Assembly (NCBI GenBank): GCA_943788915.1
Contig: CALSSD010000003.1
Span: 446,663 to 510,662, forward strand
From: an uncultured Acidimicrobiales bacterium
Lineage (GTDB): Bacteria > Actinomycetota > Acidimicrobiia > Acidimicrobiales > UBA10347
DNA: 64,000 nucleotides
Reading direction: 5' to 3'
Positions 22,170 to 30,461 of the stretch are shown piece by piece. Below the pieces are notes generated by a model. It did not search any database. It saw only the letters and a list, made by a program, of their open reading frames with translations, and was not told where the DNA came from. Numbering within the stretch: the first letter of the stretch is position 1; each line of letters opens with the position of its first letter. The position numbers were made by a program, and so were the translations under genes.

Positions 22170-22302
22170 GACTAACGAACCGTAGTGCGACGGAATGTAT
22201 TCCCCCAGCCGTACGGCGGGTGTTTCGGGCGCGCGGGCGAGACCGGATGATGTTGCAGCACGTCGCCACAGCGCCCCTAGTTACAACAACGTGTTACGAC
22301 AG

Positions 22303-23286
22303 CTAACCAATACGCACCGTCTGTCGCGTCGAAGCACCCACCACCAGATCGGCAGCATCCAGTGCACGCACCAGGTAGATCGCTCGATCCCCAGACTCGA
22401 CGTTGCGGTCGACGTAGAGGGTCGGTGCGTTCGCTCGTTGACGGGTTATGACCTGGGTCTCCCCGCTGTTGACGCTGCGTATGACTTCGTAGGCAACAAC
22501 CGCCCGGTCGGTTTTCGGCTCCTCCCACGAACAGAGGGCCCCTGCGGCATCACCCGAGGTTCGGGATTTGCAGACCAAGTTGATCAGTGCTGGCTCGCGC
22601 TCCGGTGTCGGTGTCGGACGAACTTCTGGCGTGGTCGGAGGTGTTATCTCGGGCACCGGTGTCACCGTCGGCACCGGGATGACCGTAGACGAAGCAGGCA
22701 CGGGCGTGGCTGGCACCAGGGTGGGCATCGCTGTTGGCGATGGCACCGTCGACGATGTCGGCAGCGCTGTATTCGAAGGAACCTCCGGTGTCGCCACGAC
22801 CTCCCCTGACTCGGCAGCGGGAACGTCCACGGCGGGAACCTCTGAGGCGGGAACAACCCGCGACAGCGTTGGCATCGCCGATTCCGGCAGTGTTTCAGTA
22901 GGCGTTGGAGACGACAAGGCAAGCCCGTCGGTGATTCCCTCGGTCCGTTCCAGAGTGGCTGTTGGGCTTGGAGTGATCTCGACTGGCACATCACCATCGG
23001 TCATAGGCGCGCCGAGCAGATCTGGCTGCCCGTCATCGACTACTGCGACCGGGACACCACCGTCGTCTGCAGTGATAGCCACGATGCCAGCAACACCGGC
23101 CACCACCACAACCGCCGCGGCAAGGGCACGAGGGACCAAAGAACGTGCCGCCCAAGGCCGACGAGATGTCGCGGCAGCGTGGTCGACCCGGAGTTTCGAC
23201 TCGAGCCGGTTCGCGAAGTCAGGATCTACTGGCGGGACTGGTTGTTGAGCGTGACGCTCGAGTCGTTTCTGAGGATCGTCAACCAT
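22303..23286 (-). CDS. Putative anti-sigma factor: short cytoplasmic N-terminus, one TM helix, Pro/Thr-rich linker, C-terminal FN3-like domain
   Basis: Overlaps the ECF stop; DPDFANRLE..L N-terminus, TM ALAAAVVVVAGVAGIVAI, PT-rich spacer, C-x12-C-x-W beta domain. Confidence 0.6.
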   Translation of the reverse strand: MVDDPQKRLERHAQQPVPPVDPDFANRLESKLRVDHAAATSRRPWAARSLVPRALAAAVVVVAGVAGIVAITADDGGVPVAVVDDGQPDLLGAPMTDGDVPVEITPSPTATLERTEGITDGLALSSPTPTETLPESAMPTLSRVVPASEVPAVDVPAAESGEVVATPEVPSNTALPTSSTVPSPTAMPTLVPATPVPASSTVIPVPTVTPVPEITPPTTPEVRPTPTPEREPALINLVCKSRTSGDAAGALCSWEEPKTDRAVVAYEVIRSVNSGETQVITRQRANAPTLYVDRNVESGDRAIYLVRALDAADLVVGASTRQTVRIG

Positions 23287-23956
23287 TTTTCAAGACCTCC
23301 TGGTCATCTCGCATCGTCTCGAGTGTTCGTCGAAGCGCAGCAGCGCCTCGATGAACAATGACTGCCATCGTCCGACGACTGACACCCATAGCTAGGGCAG
23401 CTTCCTCATTCGTGAGATCTGCGAAGTACCGCAACGTGAGTGCCTGCTGGTATCGAGGCCTCAGCGCAGCCAACGCCGCCCGCAGGTCATGATCGCCGCT
23501 GTCCATATCGGCCACCTGGCTACTCACGCCGAGTTGTGCAGCCTGGTGCAGTGACTGCACAACTCGATCTTGACGTGCAATCCCCCGGTGGTGGTTTGCA
23601 AACTCGTTCGAAGCGATACGAAAGAGCCATGGGCCGATCCCGGGTTCGCTCCACCGGTAGGTGCCGAGCCCGCGCAGTGCGTTCTCGAACGTTGCAGACG
23701 TGACGTCCTCTGCCACTACGCGCGACCCCGAGCGCCGAAACGCGTACGCATGAATGCGCTCGACGTAACGCCGGTACAACTCGGCAAAGGCATTGGCGTC
23801 CTGCCGCGCCAACTCGACAAGCCTGCGCTCGTCGGACTGGTCAGGAACCGGAATGGCGGGCGGGACCACGTTGCGTTTTGTAGTCGTATTTGGCGTCCGG
23901 CGCCGCATGACACCTCTCGTTTGGTCGTCGCGCTTCAGTTGAGTGGGCTGAATCAT
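23279..23956 (-). CDS. ECF-family RNA polymerase sigma factor
   Basis: AFAELYRRY, AEDVTSATF, WLFRIASN (region 2); L..RYQQAL.LRYF..L...E.A..MG (region 4). Start uncertain (23956 or 23908). Confidence 0.92.
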   Translation of the reverse strand: MIQPTQLKRDDQTRGVMRRRTPNTTTKRNVVPPAIPVPDQSDERRLVELARQDANAFAELYRRYVERIHAYAFRRSGSRVVAEDVTSATFENALRGLGTYRWSEPGIGPWLFRIASNEFANHHRGIARQDRVVQSLHQAAQLGVSSQVADMDSGDHDLRAALAALRPRYQQALTLRYFADLTNEEAALAMGVSRRTMAVIVHRGAAALRRTLETMRDDQEVLKNG

Positions 23957-23978
23957 GGCCGCTGCGCCAATCCACTCG

Positions 23979-24737
23979 TCAGTCAGCAGTCGGCCAGCGG
24001 ACCTGCTGCGGCCCGCCAACGGCAACGACATCCCCGTTCGCGTCAACGGCGGTCACCCCATAGGTATGAAGCACACCTGGGACGGTGTCGGTATCGAAGT
24101 AGCCGTTGCGACCGTCGAGCCCGATGCGGGCAATCACCTGGCGCTGGTGACTGCCGACGATTCGATACACCAGATATCCCCGAGCGCCCGGCTGTGTCGT
24201 TTCAGACCAGCGGCACAGGATGCCTCGGCCAACGTCTGTGGAGTCAGCCGCACACATCATGCGAAGTTGTTCGATGTCTTGACCAAGCTGGACATGCACT
24301 GGTGCAGAACGTCCGAGTAGACGGCCACTTCGGTTGACGGAAACTACCCCGTACACAAGCGATGATGGCGCGGACACATCAGTGTCAAAAAAGCCACGCC
24401 TGCCATTCACCCCAACAGTGGTGACCAGTTCTCGAGCAGAACCATCGGTTACACGGAAGAGTTGGTATCCCCTGGTGTGAGCATTTGTCGCTTCTGACCA
24501 CTGGCACAACACTCCTCGTTGACCGTCAACGAAGTCGGGCTTGCAGCCCAGTCGAAGCGTTTCGACTGCAGAGGCTGGGCGAACGAGGTCGATCTGTCGG
24601 TCTTCCGCCCGACGTCCCTGAGCGTCGGCGACTCCAACTGTGGCACAGAGAAGCGCCATCACCACCCCCATTACGAGCACTACCGGTGAACTTCGAGGCC
24701 CAAATTGTTTGTGGCGGCGTACAACGAACGTTCCCAT
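23979..24737 (-). CDS. Secreted protein with two tandem FN3-like Cys-Cys-Trp domains
   Basis: Signal peptide ending VADA|Q; two repeats LR..C......RG.LC.WSE......GY...R..G......G..GR.G.FDTD......YGV..V..G. Confidence 0.75.
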   Translation of the reverse strand: MGTFVVRRHKQFGPRSSPVVLVMGVVMALLCATVGVADAQGRRAEDRQIDLVRPASAVETLRLGCKPDFVDGQRGVLCQWSEATNAHTRGYQLFRVTDGSARELVTTVGVNGRRGFFDTDVSAPSSLVYGVVSVNRSGRLLGRSAPVHVQLGQDIEQLRMMCAADSTDVGRGILCRWSETTQPGARGYLVYRIVGSHQRQVIARIGLDGRNGYFDTDTVPGVLHTYGVTAVDANGDVVAVGGPQQVRWPTAD

Positions 24738-24890
24738 AGGACGATTCCATTCAGTCGAGATCGGGGCGCGTTGCCCACGAGTAACAACGTTTTGCGACCA
24801 TCTCGGATTACACCTTGGACACGGTTTAATTGTTTTCTGGGCAGCAGGAGCGGTCTGGTAGGCCATCTGTCGCCCCCAAAATTAGGCTAG

Positions 24891-24995
24891 TGCTGCAAAA
24901 GTCGTGTGAAACGTTTATGAGGTGGCGGGTGGCGCCAGCTGGTTACGTGTTCAACACCGGCACATTCGGTGCCACACCCCAGAAGGATTTACACA
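24891..24995 (+). promoter_or_regulatory. Conserved ~105-nt upstream region of flp pilin copy 1
   Basis: Near-identical to 25344-25451; includes hairpin GGCAC-ATTCG-GTGCC and AGAAGGA RBS. Confidence 0.6.
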
Positions 24996-25217
24996 ATGAC
25001 TGCACTACTGGTTCGCCTCCAAAACACCATCGCCGACCGTGAAGAACGCGGCGCTGCCATGGCTGAATACGGCCTGCTCCTCGCACTTGTTGCTCTCCCA
25101 GCAATCGTTGTTATCGCAGCATTCGGCGACAGCATCACCGGCGTATTCCAATCAGCTGACACCCGCCTCCAAGAAGGCATTACCGACGCAACAGGCGCAC
25201 CAGCCGAAGAAGGATAA
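24996..25217 (+). CDS. flp: Flp family type IVb pilin (copy 1)
   Basis: REERG|AAMAEYGLL prepilin cleavage and Flp EY motif, then a hydrophobic helix; 73 aa. Confidence 0.9.
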   Translation: MTALLVRLQNTIADREERGAAMAEYGLLLALVALPAIVVIAAFGDSITGVFQSADTRLQEGITDATGAPAEEG

Positions 25218-25242
25218 ACCTCTCTCGTTCATTAGAACCAAC

Positions 25243-25280
25243 GTGATGCCCGGCCCACAAGCCGGGCATCACCGCGTTTT
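25243..25280 (+). terminator. Intrinsic terminator-like hairpin after pilin 1
   Basis: GTGATGCCCGGC-N6-GCCGGGCATCAC followed by CGCGTTTT. Confidence 0.75.
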
Positions 25281-25343
25281 CACCACATCACCAAACAGCT
25301 ACATCACCAAGCAGTCACGTCACCACTGGGCCAGATTAACTAT

Positions 25344-25451
25344 TGCGGCAAATAGTCGTCTGAAACGTTTATGAAGTGGCGGGTGGCGCCGACTGGTTAC
25401 GTGTTCAACACCGGCACATTTGGTGCCACACTCCCAGAAGGAAATACGCCA
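25344..25451 (+). promoter_or_regulatory. Conserved upstream region of flp pilin copy 2
   Basis: Direct repeat of 24891-24995. Confidence 0.6.
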
Positions 25452-25679
25452 ATGACCAAACTTATGGTTCGACTCCAGAACACCATCGCTGACCGTGAAG
25501 AGCGCGGCGCCGCAATGGCTGAATACGGCCTGCTCCTCGCACTTGTTGCTCTCGCAGCAATCGTTGTTCTCGCAGCATTCGGCGACAGCATCACTGGCGT
25601 ATTCCAAGCAGCTGACGACAACCTGAACAGCAACATGGGTGGCACTGACACCACCACCACCACGACGACTGATACCTAG
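25452..25679 (+). CDS. flp: Flp family type IVb pilin (copy 2, Thr-rich tail)
   Basis: REERG|AAMAEYGLL; N-terminal two thirds nearly identical to copy 1. Confidence 0.9.
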   Translation: MTKLMVRLQNTIADREERGAAMAEYGLLLALVALAAIVVLAAFGDSITGVFQAADDNLNSNMGGTDTTTTTTTDT

Positions 25680-25706
25680 CCCACACAGCAGTCAACAGAA
25701 CTGAAC

Positions 25707-25744
25707 GTGATGCCCGGCCAACCGGCCGGGCATCACCGCGTTTT
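25707..25744 (+). terminator. Intrinsic terminator-like hairpin after pilin 2
   Basis: GTGATGCCCGGCC-AACC-GGCCGGGCATCAC-CGCGTTTT. Confidence 0.75.
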
Positions 25745-25885
25745 CGCGTCAACTAGTGCAAACGACTCCAGGTTCAGCGAAAAATCAGCTTTCACTTCAA
25801 CCAGCATGAGAACCGGCCGAACTCCAAGACATCAGATTCCGATCCCCGCACCCCGTGCACAGCCCACTCCACGAAAGGAACAGCG

Positions 25886-26098
25886 ATGACTGAATACGCA
25901 ACCCGTCTCCGCAGATTGGTCACGACTCGAGATGATCGCGGCGCGGCCATGGCCGAATACGGCCTACTGCTCGTACTTGTCGTGCTCGGGGCCATGGCAA
26001 TCATGTCGACTTTCGGCGAGACGCTGGCTGAGACCTTTGGTTTTGCCGCCGAAACCTTCAACGAGTCACCAGCACTCGCCCAAGAAGCCATCGAATAA
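25886..26098 (+). CDS. flp: Flp family type IVb pilin (divergent copy 3)
   Basis: RDDRG|AAMAEYGLL; GAAAGGAA RBS. Confidence 0.88.
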   Translation: MTEYATRLRRLVTTRDDRGAAMAEYGLLLVLVVLGAMAIMSTFGETLAETFGFAAETFNESPALAQEAIE

Positions 26099-26119
26099 CC
26101 AGAGTCTGGACGCGCTTTC

Positions 26120-26191
26120 ATGGCGGTCATGGCTGAAAGCCACATCCAAGAAGGCACCACCGGCGCAGCAGGCGAAGAAGCCGCAGAATAA
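26120..26191 (+). pseudogene. Orphan 3' fragment of a fourth Flp pilin
   Basis: AESHIQEGTTGAAGEEAAE* aligns with the pilin 1 C-terminus ADTRLQEGITDATGAPAEEG*; nucleotide similarity continues into the 3' UTR (TTAGAACC) and terminator. Confidence 0.65.
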
Positions 26192-26215
26192 GACCACCCC
26201 ATTCTTAGAACCGAC

Positions 26216-26254
26216 GTGATGCCCGGCCCCCCAGCCGGGCATCACCGCGTTTTT
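26216..26254 (+). terminator. Third copy of the pilin terminator hairpin
   Basis: GTGATGCCCGGC-N6-GCCGGGCATCAC-CGCGTTTTT. Confidence 0.75.
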
Positions 26255-26385
26255 GCCACCTACCGAACACGAAGCTCTGCGAAACCAGCAGCACTTCGTT
26301 CCGTGATACGGTACGGTTCCACAATGCGGCACGGTGTGCCGAGGGACCAGCTCACCTCGTGGGCCTGACCAGTTGGGGCACAACC

Positions 26386-27111
26386 ATGTCTGATAGCGAA
26401 ACGCCTGACAATGAAGCACTTGAGGAAGACGAAGAGATCATCCTCGCAGACCTCGACGACGAAGATCTGACCGCTCAGATGCACGACGATCTCTACGACG
26501 GCCTGGCCGAAGAGATCGCCGAGGGCACGAATATCCTGCTCGCCCGTGGGTGGAGTGCCGACAAGGTCCTCAACGATGCGTTGGTCGAGGGTATGCGAAT
26601 CGTTGGCATCGACTTTCGCGACGGCATCCTCTTCGTGCCAGAAGTTCTCCTGGCCGCGAATTCCATGAAGGCCGGCATGAAGATTCTGCGTCCCCTTCTG
26701 GCGGAGACTGGCGCGAAACCGGTTGGCAAGGTCGTTATTGGCACCGTGAAGGGCGACATCCACGACATCGGCAAGAACCTCGTCGCCATGATGATGGAAG
26801 GCGCCGGTTTCGAAGTCGTCGACTTGGGTATCAATACTGACGTTGACGAATACCTGGCAGCGCTTGAGGAGCACCAGCCCGACATCTTGGGCATGTCAGC
26901 GCTACTCACCACGACGATGCCATACATGAAGGTCGTCATCGACACGTTGACCGAAAAAGGACTGCGCGACGACTACATCGTACTCGTCGGTGGCGCACCG
27001 TTGAACGAGGAGTTCGGCGATGCGATCGGCGCCGACGGTTATTGCCGCGATGCCGCTATTGCTGCCGAGATGGCCACCACCATGGTCTCCGCACGCCGTT
27101 CCGCTGCCTGA
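26386..27111 (+). CDS. Corrinoid (cobalamin-binding) methyl-carrier protein, MtbC/MtgC-like
   Basis: Cap domain FVPEVLLAA, GTVKGDIHDIGKNLV (DxHxxG), SALLTTTM, VGGAP. Confidence 0.93.
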   Translation: MSDSETPDNEALEEDEEIILADLDDEDLTAQMHDDLYDGLAEEIAEGTNILLARGWSADKVLNDALVEGMRIVGIDFRDGILFVPEVLLAANSMKAGMKILRPLLAETGAKPVGKVVIGTVKGDIHDIGKNLVAMMMEGAGFEVVDLGINTDVDEYLAALEEHQPDILGMSALLTTTMPYMKVVIDTLTEKGLRDDYIVLVGGAPLNEEFGDAIGADGYCRDAAIAAEMATTMVSARRSAA

Positions 27112-27461
27112 TGGAACCGACCGACGCGCCTCGTCGCCGTCGTCGTGCCAAGACCGACGAAATAGTGACTATCTATTGGCGTGACATTCCGGCACAGGTC
27201 ACCGCTACGACCGATGGCAACAAGGGTTCCTGGCTGCTCGAGGAACGGTTCCAGGTCGCGATCGACCGCGCCGCCGCGGTGGCCGGCCTTACCGATGCCG
27301 ATGACTATGTCCAGCAATGGCGACGCTCAAGTCAGCCATCCGAAGGCGACCCTGAACTCGCGGCACGCACCGAAGCAGAACGGTTACAAGGGCTTTATGA
27401 CAGCGACCGGGTGCGAACGCTCGTCGATAACGGCGGCCTTGAAACCGAGCCAACCCCGTGA
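27111..27461 (+). CDS. Small 'virulence factor' family protein associated with corrinoid methyltransferase clusters
   Basis: IYWRDIPAQV, L.ERFQ.AIDRAA, DDY..QWRR pattern; start overlaps the upstream stop. Confidence 0.7.
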   Translation: MEPTDAPRRRRRAKTDEIVTIYWRDIPAQVTATTDGNKGSWLLEERFQVAIDRAAAVAGLTDADDYVQQWRRSSQPSEGDPELAARTEAERLQGLYDSDRVRTLVDNGGLETEPTP

Positions 27462-27591
27462 TCTCGGGTACCAGCTATCAACCAACCCGCAGGGATAAAC
27501 CCAGCGGAGCAACCACGCCTTCAAACCACCCATCCGCAAAATGGCCCGAGCGAAGCGAAGCCATGATTGCGAAGACCACCGCGAGGAAACC

Positions 27592-28497
27592 ATGACTGAA
27601 ACCGTTATTAGCTCGGCCACCAAGGATGTCGTGATCGGTTTTGATCGCCCGTTCGTGATGATCGGCGAGCGCATCAACCCCACCGGTCGCAAGCTTCTGG
27701 CTCAGGAGATGAAAGACGGCGACTTCAGCCGCGTCGAGGCCGATGCCCTTGCCCAAGTCGCTGCTGGCGCCCACATGCTCGACGTGAATGCTGGCATCCC
27801 GCTCGCCGACGAGCCAGCGCTGCTAGCTCAGGCCATCAAGCTCGTCCAGTCAGTCACCGATGTGCCGCTCGCTATCGATTCCTCGATCATCGAAGCCCTC
27901 GAAGCGGGCCTCGCCGTTTACCAGGGCAAGCCGCTCATCAACTCGGTGACCGGTGAAGAAGAGGTACTTGAACGGGTGCTTCCCTTGGTTAAGAAGTCAG
28001 GCGCCGCAGTCGTGGCCATCAGTAATGACGAAACCGGCATCAGCGAAGATCCCGACGTCCGTTTCGAAGTCGCGAAGAAGATCATCGAACGTGCCGCCGA
28101 TCACGGCATTCACCGCTCCGACATCGTTGTTGACCCATTGGTCATGCCGATCGGCGCCATGGGCACTGCTGGCCAACAGGTCTTCCGTCTCGTTCGCCGC
28201 CTCCGTGATGAGCTCCAGGTAAACACGACCTGCGGCGCATCGAACGTGAGCTTCGGGCTGCCCGCCAAACACAACATCACCGGCGCTTTCCTGTCGATGG
28301 CCATGGGCGCTGGCATGACCAGCGCGATCATGAACCCGCTCCACCGCGAGGTGACTTCGGCGATCATGGCGGCAGATGTACTCACCGGCAACGACGAGAA
28401 CTGCGCAGCGTGGATTGCGGCAAACCGGGACCCGAACGCAGGCGGCGGCGAAGGCGCGGCTCGACGACGTGCCGGCGGTCGACGCCGCCGCAGTTAA
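27592..28497 (+). CDS. Methyltetrahydrofolate:corrinoid methyltransferase (pterin-binding TIM barrel)
   Basis: IGERINPTGRK, LDVNAG, IDSS, INSVTGE, DPLVMP, GASNVSFGLP. Confidence 0.92.
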   Translation: MTETVISSATKDVVIGFDRPFVMIGERINPTGRKLLAQEMKDGDFSRVEADALAQVAAGAHMLDVNAGIPLADEPALLAQAIKLVQSVTDVPLAIDSSIIEALEAGLAVYQGKPLINSVTGEEEVLERVLPLVKKSGAAVVAISNDETGISEDPDVRFEVAKKIIERAADHGIHRSDIVVDPLVMPIGAMGTAGQQVFRLVRRLRDELQVNTTCGASNVSFGLPAKHNITGAFLSMAMGAGMTSAIMNPLHREVTSAIMAADVLTGNDENCAAWIAANRDPNAGGGEGAARRRAGGRRRRS

Positions 28498-28509
28498 GCC
28501 GTCTTCCTC

Positions 28510-30432
28510 ATGAACGAACATCGCTCTGATCTCCATACTGTGGTTTTCACGCCGTCTGGGTTAAGCGGCGCCATCGCTGATGGCACCACTGTGCTCGAGG
28601 CTGCCGTGCAGCTCGGCGCGGATCTCGACACCGTGTGTGGCGGCAGGGGGATCTGCGGTCGTTGTCAGATCGAACCCAGTGCCGGCGAGTTCGCCAAGTG
28701 GGCGATATCCGTCCACGACGACGCTTTATCCCCGTGGGGAACGCTCGAAGAGAGTTATCAGGGAAAACGGGCGATCATCGAGGGACGCCGGCTTGGTTGC
28801 TCAGCAAAGATCTGCGGCGATGTCGTCATCGATATTCCACCCGAGAGCCAGATCCACAAGCAGGTCATTCGTAAATCGGTCGATGTGGGCGATGTGGTTA
28901 TCGACCCCGTCTACACGCTGCATTATGTCGCTGAGGGCGACGTCGGCTCCGCCTTGGCAGACCGCTGGAGCCTGACACTCAGCGAGCACCACGACATGCG
29001 CGAGCTCCGGCCCGAGGTGCCGGACGCGCCGGTGACCGTGGTAGTCGAACACCACCACGGAGACAGCTGGGTAACTGCCGCCTACCCCGGCTACGTGGAC
29101 CGCATCATGGGGATAGCTATCGATGTTGGATCAACCACCATTGCTGGCCATCTCATCGACCTCGCAACCGGCGAGGTACTTGCCACCGCTGGCCAGATGA
29201 ATCCGCAGATTCGGTTCGGCGAGGATCTGATGAGCCGGGTCAGCTACGTGATGATGAACCCTGGCGGCGAAGTCGAGCTGACAAAGGCTGTTCGCACTGC
29301 GTTGAATGAGATCACCACCGAGCTGTGTCAGCTCGCCGCCGTTGACCGAGCGCACATCGTCGATGTCACCATCGTGGGCAATCCAATCATGCACCACCTG
29401 GTGCTCGGCCTCGACCCCACTCCCCTAGGCCAGGCACCGTTCCCACTCGCGATCGAGAGTTCTTTCCGTGCTGCCGCCGGACACATCGAACTCGACCTGC
29501 CGAATGCGATGCTCTATGTGGCACCATGCATCGCTGGCCACGTTGGCGCTGACACAGCTGCAGCCATCTTGAACGAAGGGCCCCATCGGTCCGAAGCAAT
29601 CCAGCTCCTCGTCGACGTCGGCACGAACGCCGAGATTGTCCTGGGAAACAACGAGCGCTTGTTCGCATGTTCAAGCCCAACCGGCCCCGCGTTCGAAGGC
29701 GCTCAGATCAGTTCCGGCCAGCGTGCCACCGCTGGAGCTATCGAACGAGTAGCTATCGACCGTGAGACCTACGAGGTCCGGTTTACGGTCATCGGCTGCG
29801 ATCTATGGTCCGACGAACTCGGCTTCAGTGAAGCAACCGAGGCATCGGGCATCACGGGTATCTGTGGGTCAGGCATCATCGAAGCGATCAGCGAGATGGT
29901 CACGTGCGGCATCATCACCGACGCAGGTGTCATCCGGGGCGAGTTAACGAACGACACCGATCGCATCGTCGAAGACGGTCGCACGTTCAACTTCCAACTC
30001 GTCGGCAACATTGCCGTGACCCAGGCCGATGTGCGAGCGATCCAGCTGGCCAAGGCAGCACTCAAGGCGGGCATCGATCTATTAATGGAGCACGCCGAGC
30101 TCGCCACCGTCGACGAGATTCGCCTGGCCGGAGCATTCGGTGCCCACATCGATCCAGCGCACGCCATGGTCGTTGGACTGATCCCAGAGATCCCGGTCGA
30201 CCAAGTTCGTTCCGTTGGCAACTCGGCCGGCAGCGGTGCCGTGCGACTGTTGTTAAGCAACGCACAACGCGTAGAAGTTGAAGGTGTTGTCCAAGACGTG
30301 ACCAAGATCGAGACCGCGATCGAACCCCGTTTCCAAGAACACTTCGTTACCGCACTTGCCTTTCCACGTTCCACTGCCCCTCAGACAACAAATGAGGGCG
30401 GTGGCCGTCGTCGCCGTTCCCGCCGTCGTTAG
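28510..30432 (+). CDS. ASKHA-type reductive activator of corrinoid proteins (RACo/RamA-like) with N-terminal 2Fe-2S domain
   Basis: CGGRGICGRC...RLGC, DVGSTT, NPQIRFGEDLMSR, DVGTNAE, GPAFEG, GICGSG, LAGAFG. Confidence 0.92.
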   Translation: MNEHRSDLHTVVFTPSGLSGAIADGTTVLEAAVQLGADLDTVCGGRGICGRCQIEPSAGEFAKWAISVHDDALSPWGTLEESYQGKRAIIEGRRLGCSAKICGDVVIDIPPESQIHKQVIRKSVDVGDVVIDPVYTLHYVAEGDVGSALADRWSLTLSEHHDMRELRPEVPDAPVTVVVEHHHGDSWVTAAYPGYVDRIMGIAIDVGSTTIAGHLIDLATGEVLATAGQMNPQIRFGEDLMSRVSYVMMNPGGEVELTKAVRTALNEITTELCQLAAVDRAHIVDVTIVGNPIMHHLVLGLDPTPLGQAPFPLAIESSFRAAAGHIELDLPNAMLYVAPCIAGHVGADTAAAILNEGPHRSEAIQLLVDVGTNAEIVLGNNERLFACSSPTGPAFEGAQISSGQRATAGAIERVAIDRETYEVRFTVIGCDLWSDELGFSEATEASGITGICGSGIIEAISEMVTCGIITDAGVIRGELTNDTDRIVEDGRTFNFQLVGNIAVTQADVRAIQLAKAALKAGIDLLMEHAELATVDEIRLAGAFGAHIDPAHAMVVGLIPEIPVDQVRSVGNSAGSGAVRLLLSNAQRVEVEGVVQDVTKIETAIEPRFQEHFVTALAFPRSTAPQTTNEGGGRRRRSRRR

Positions 30433-30461
30433 CCCCATCCCAAGCACCACAGGAGACTCAC

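Noticed and set aside
24891..24995. Riboswitch (c-di-GMP or c-di-AMP) in the pilin leader
   Set aside because: No recognisable consensus motifs; the similarity between the two leaders is explained by recent duplication and shows no compensatory changes.
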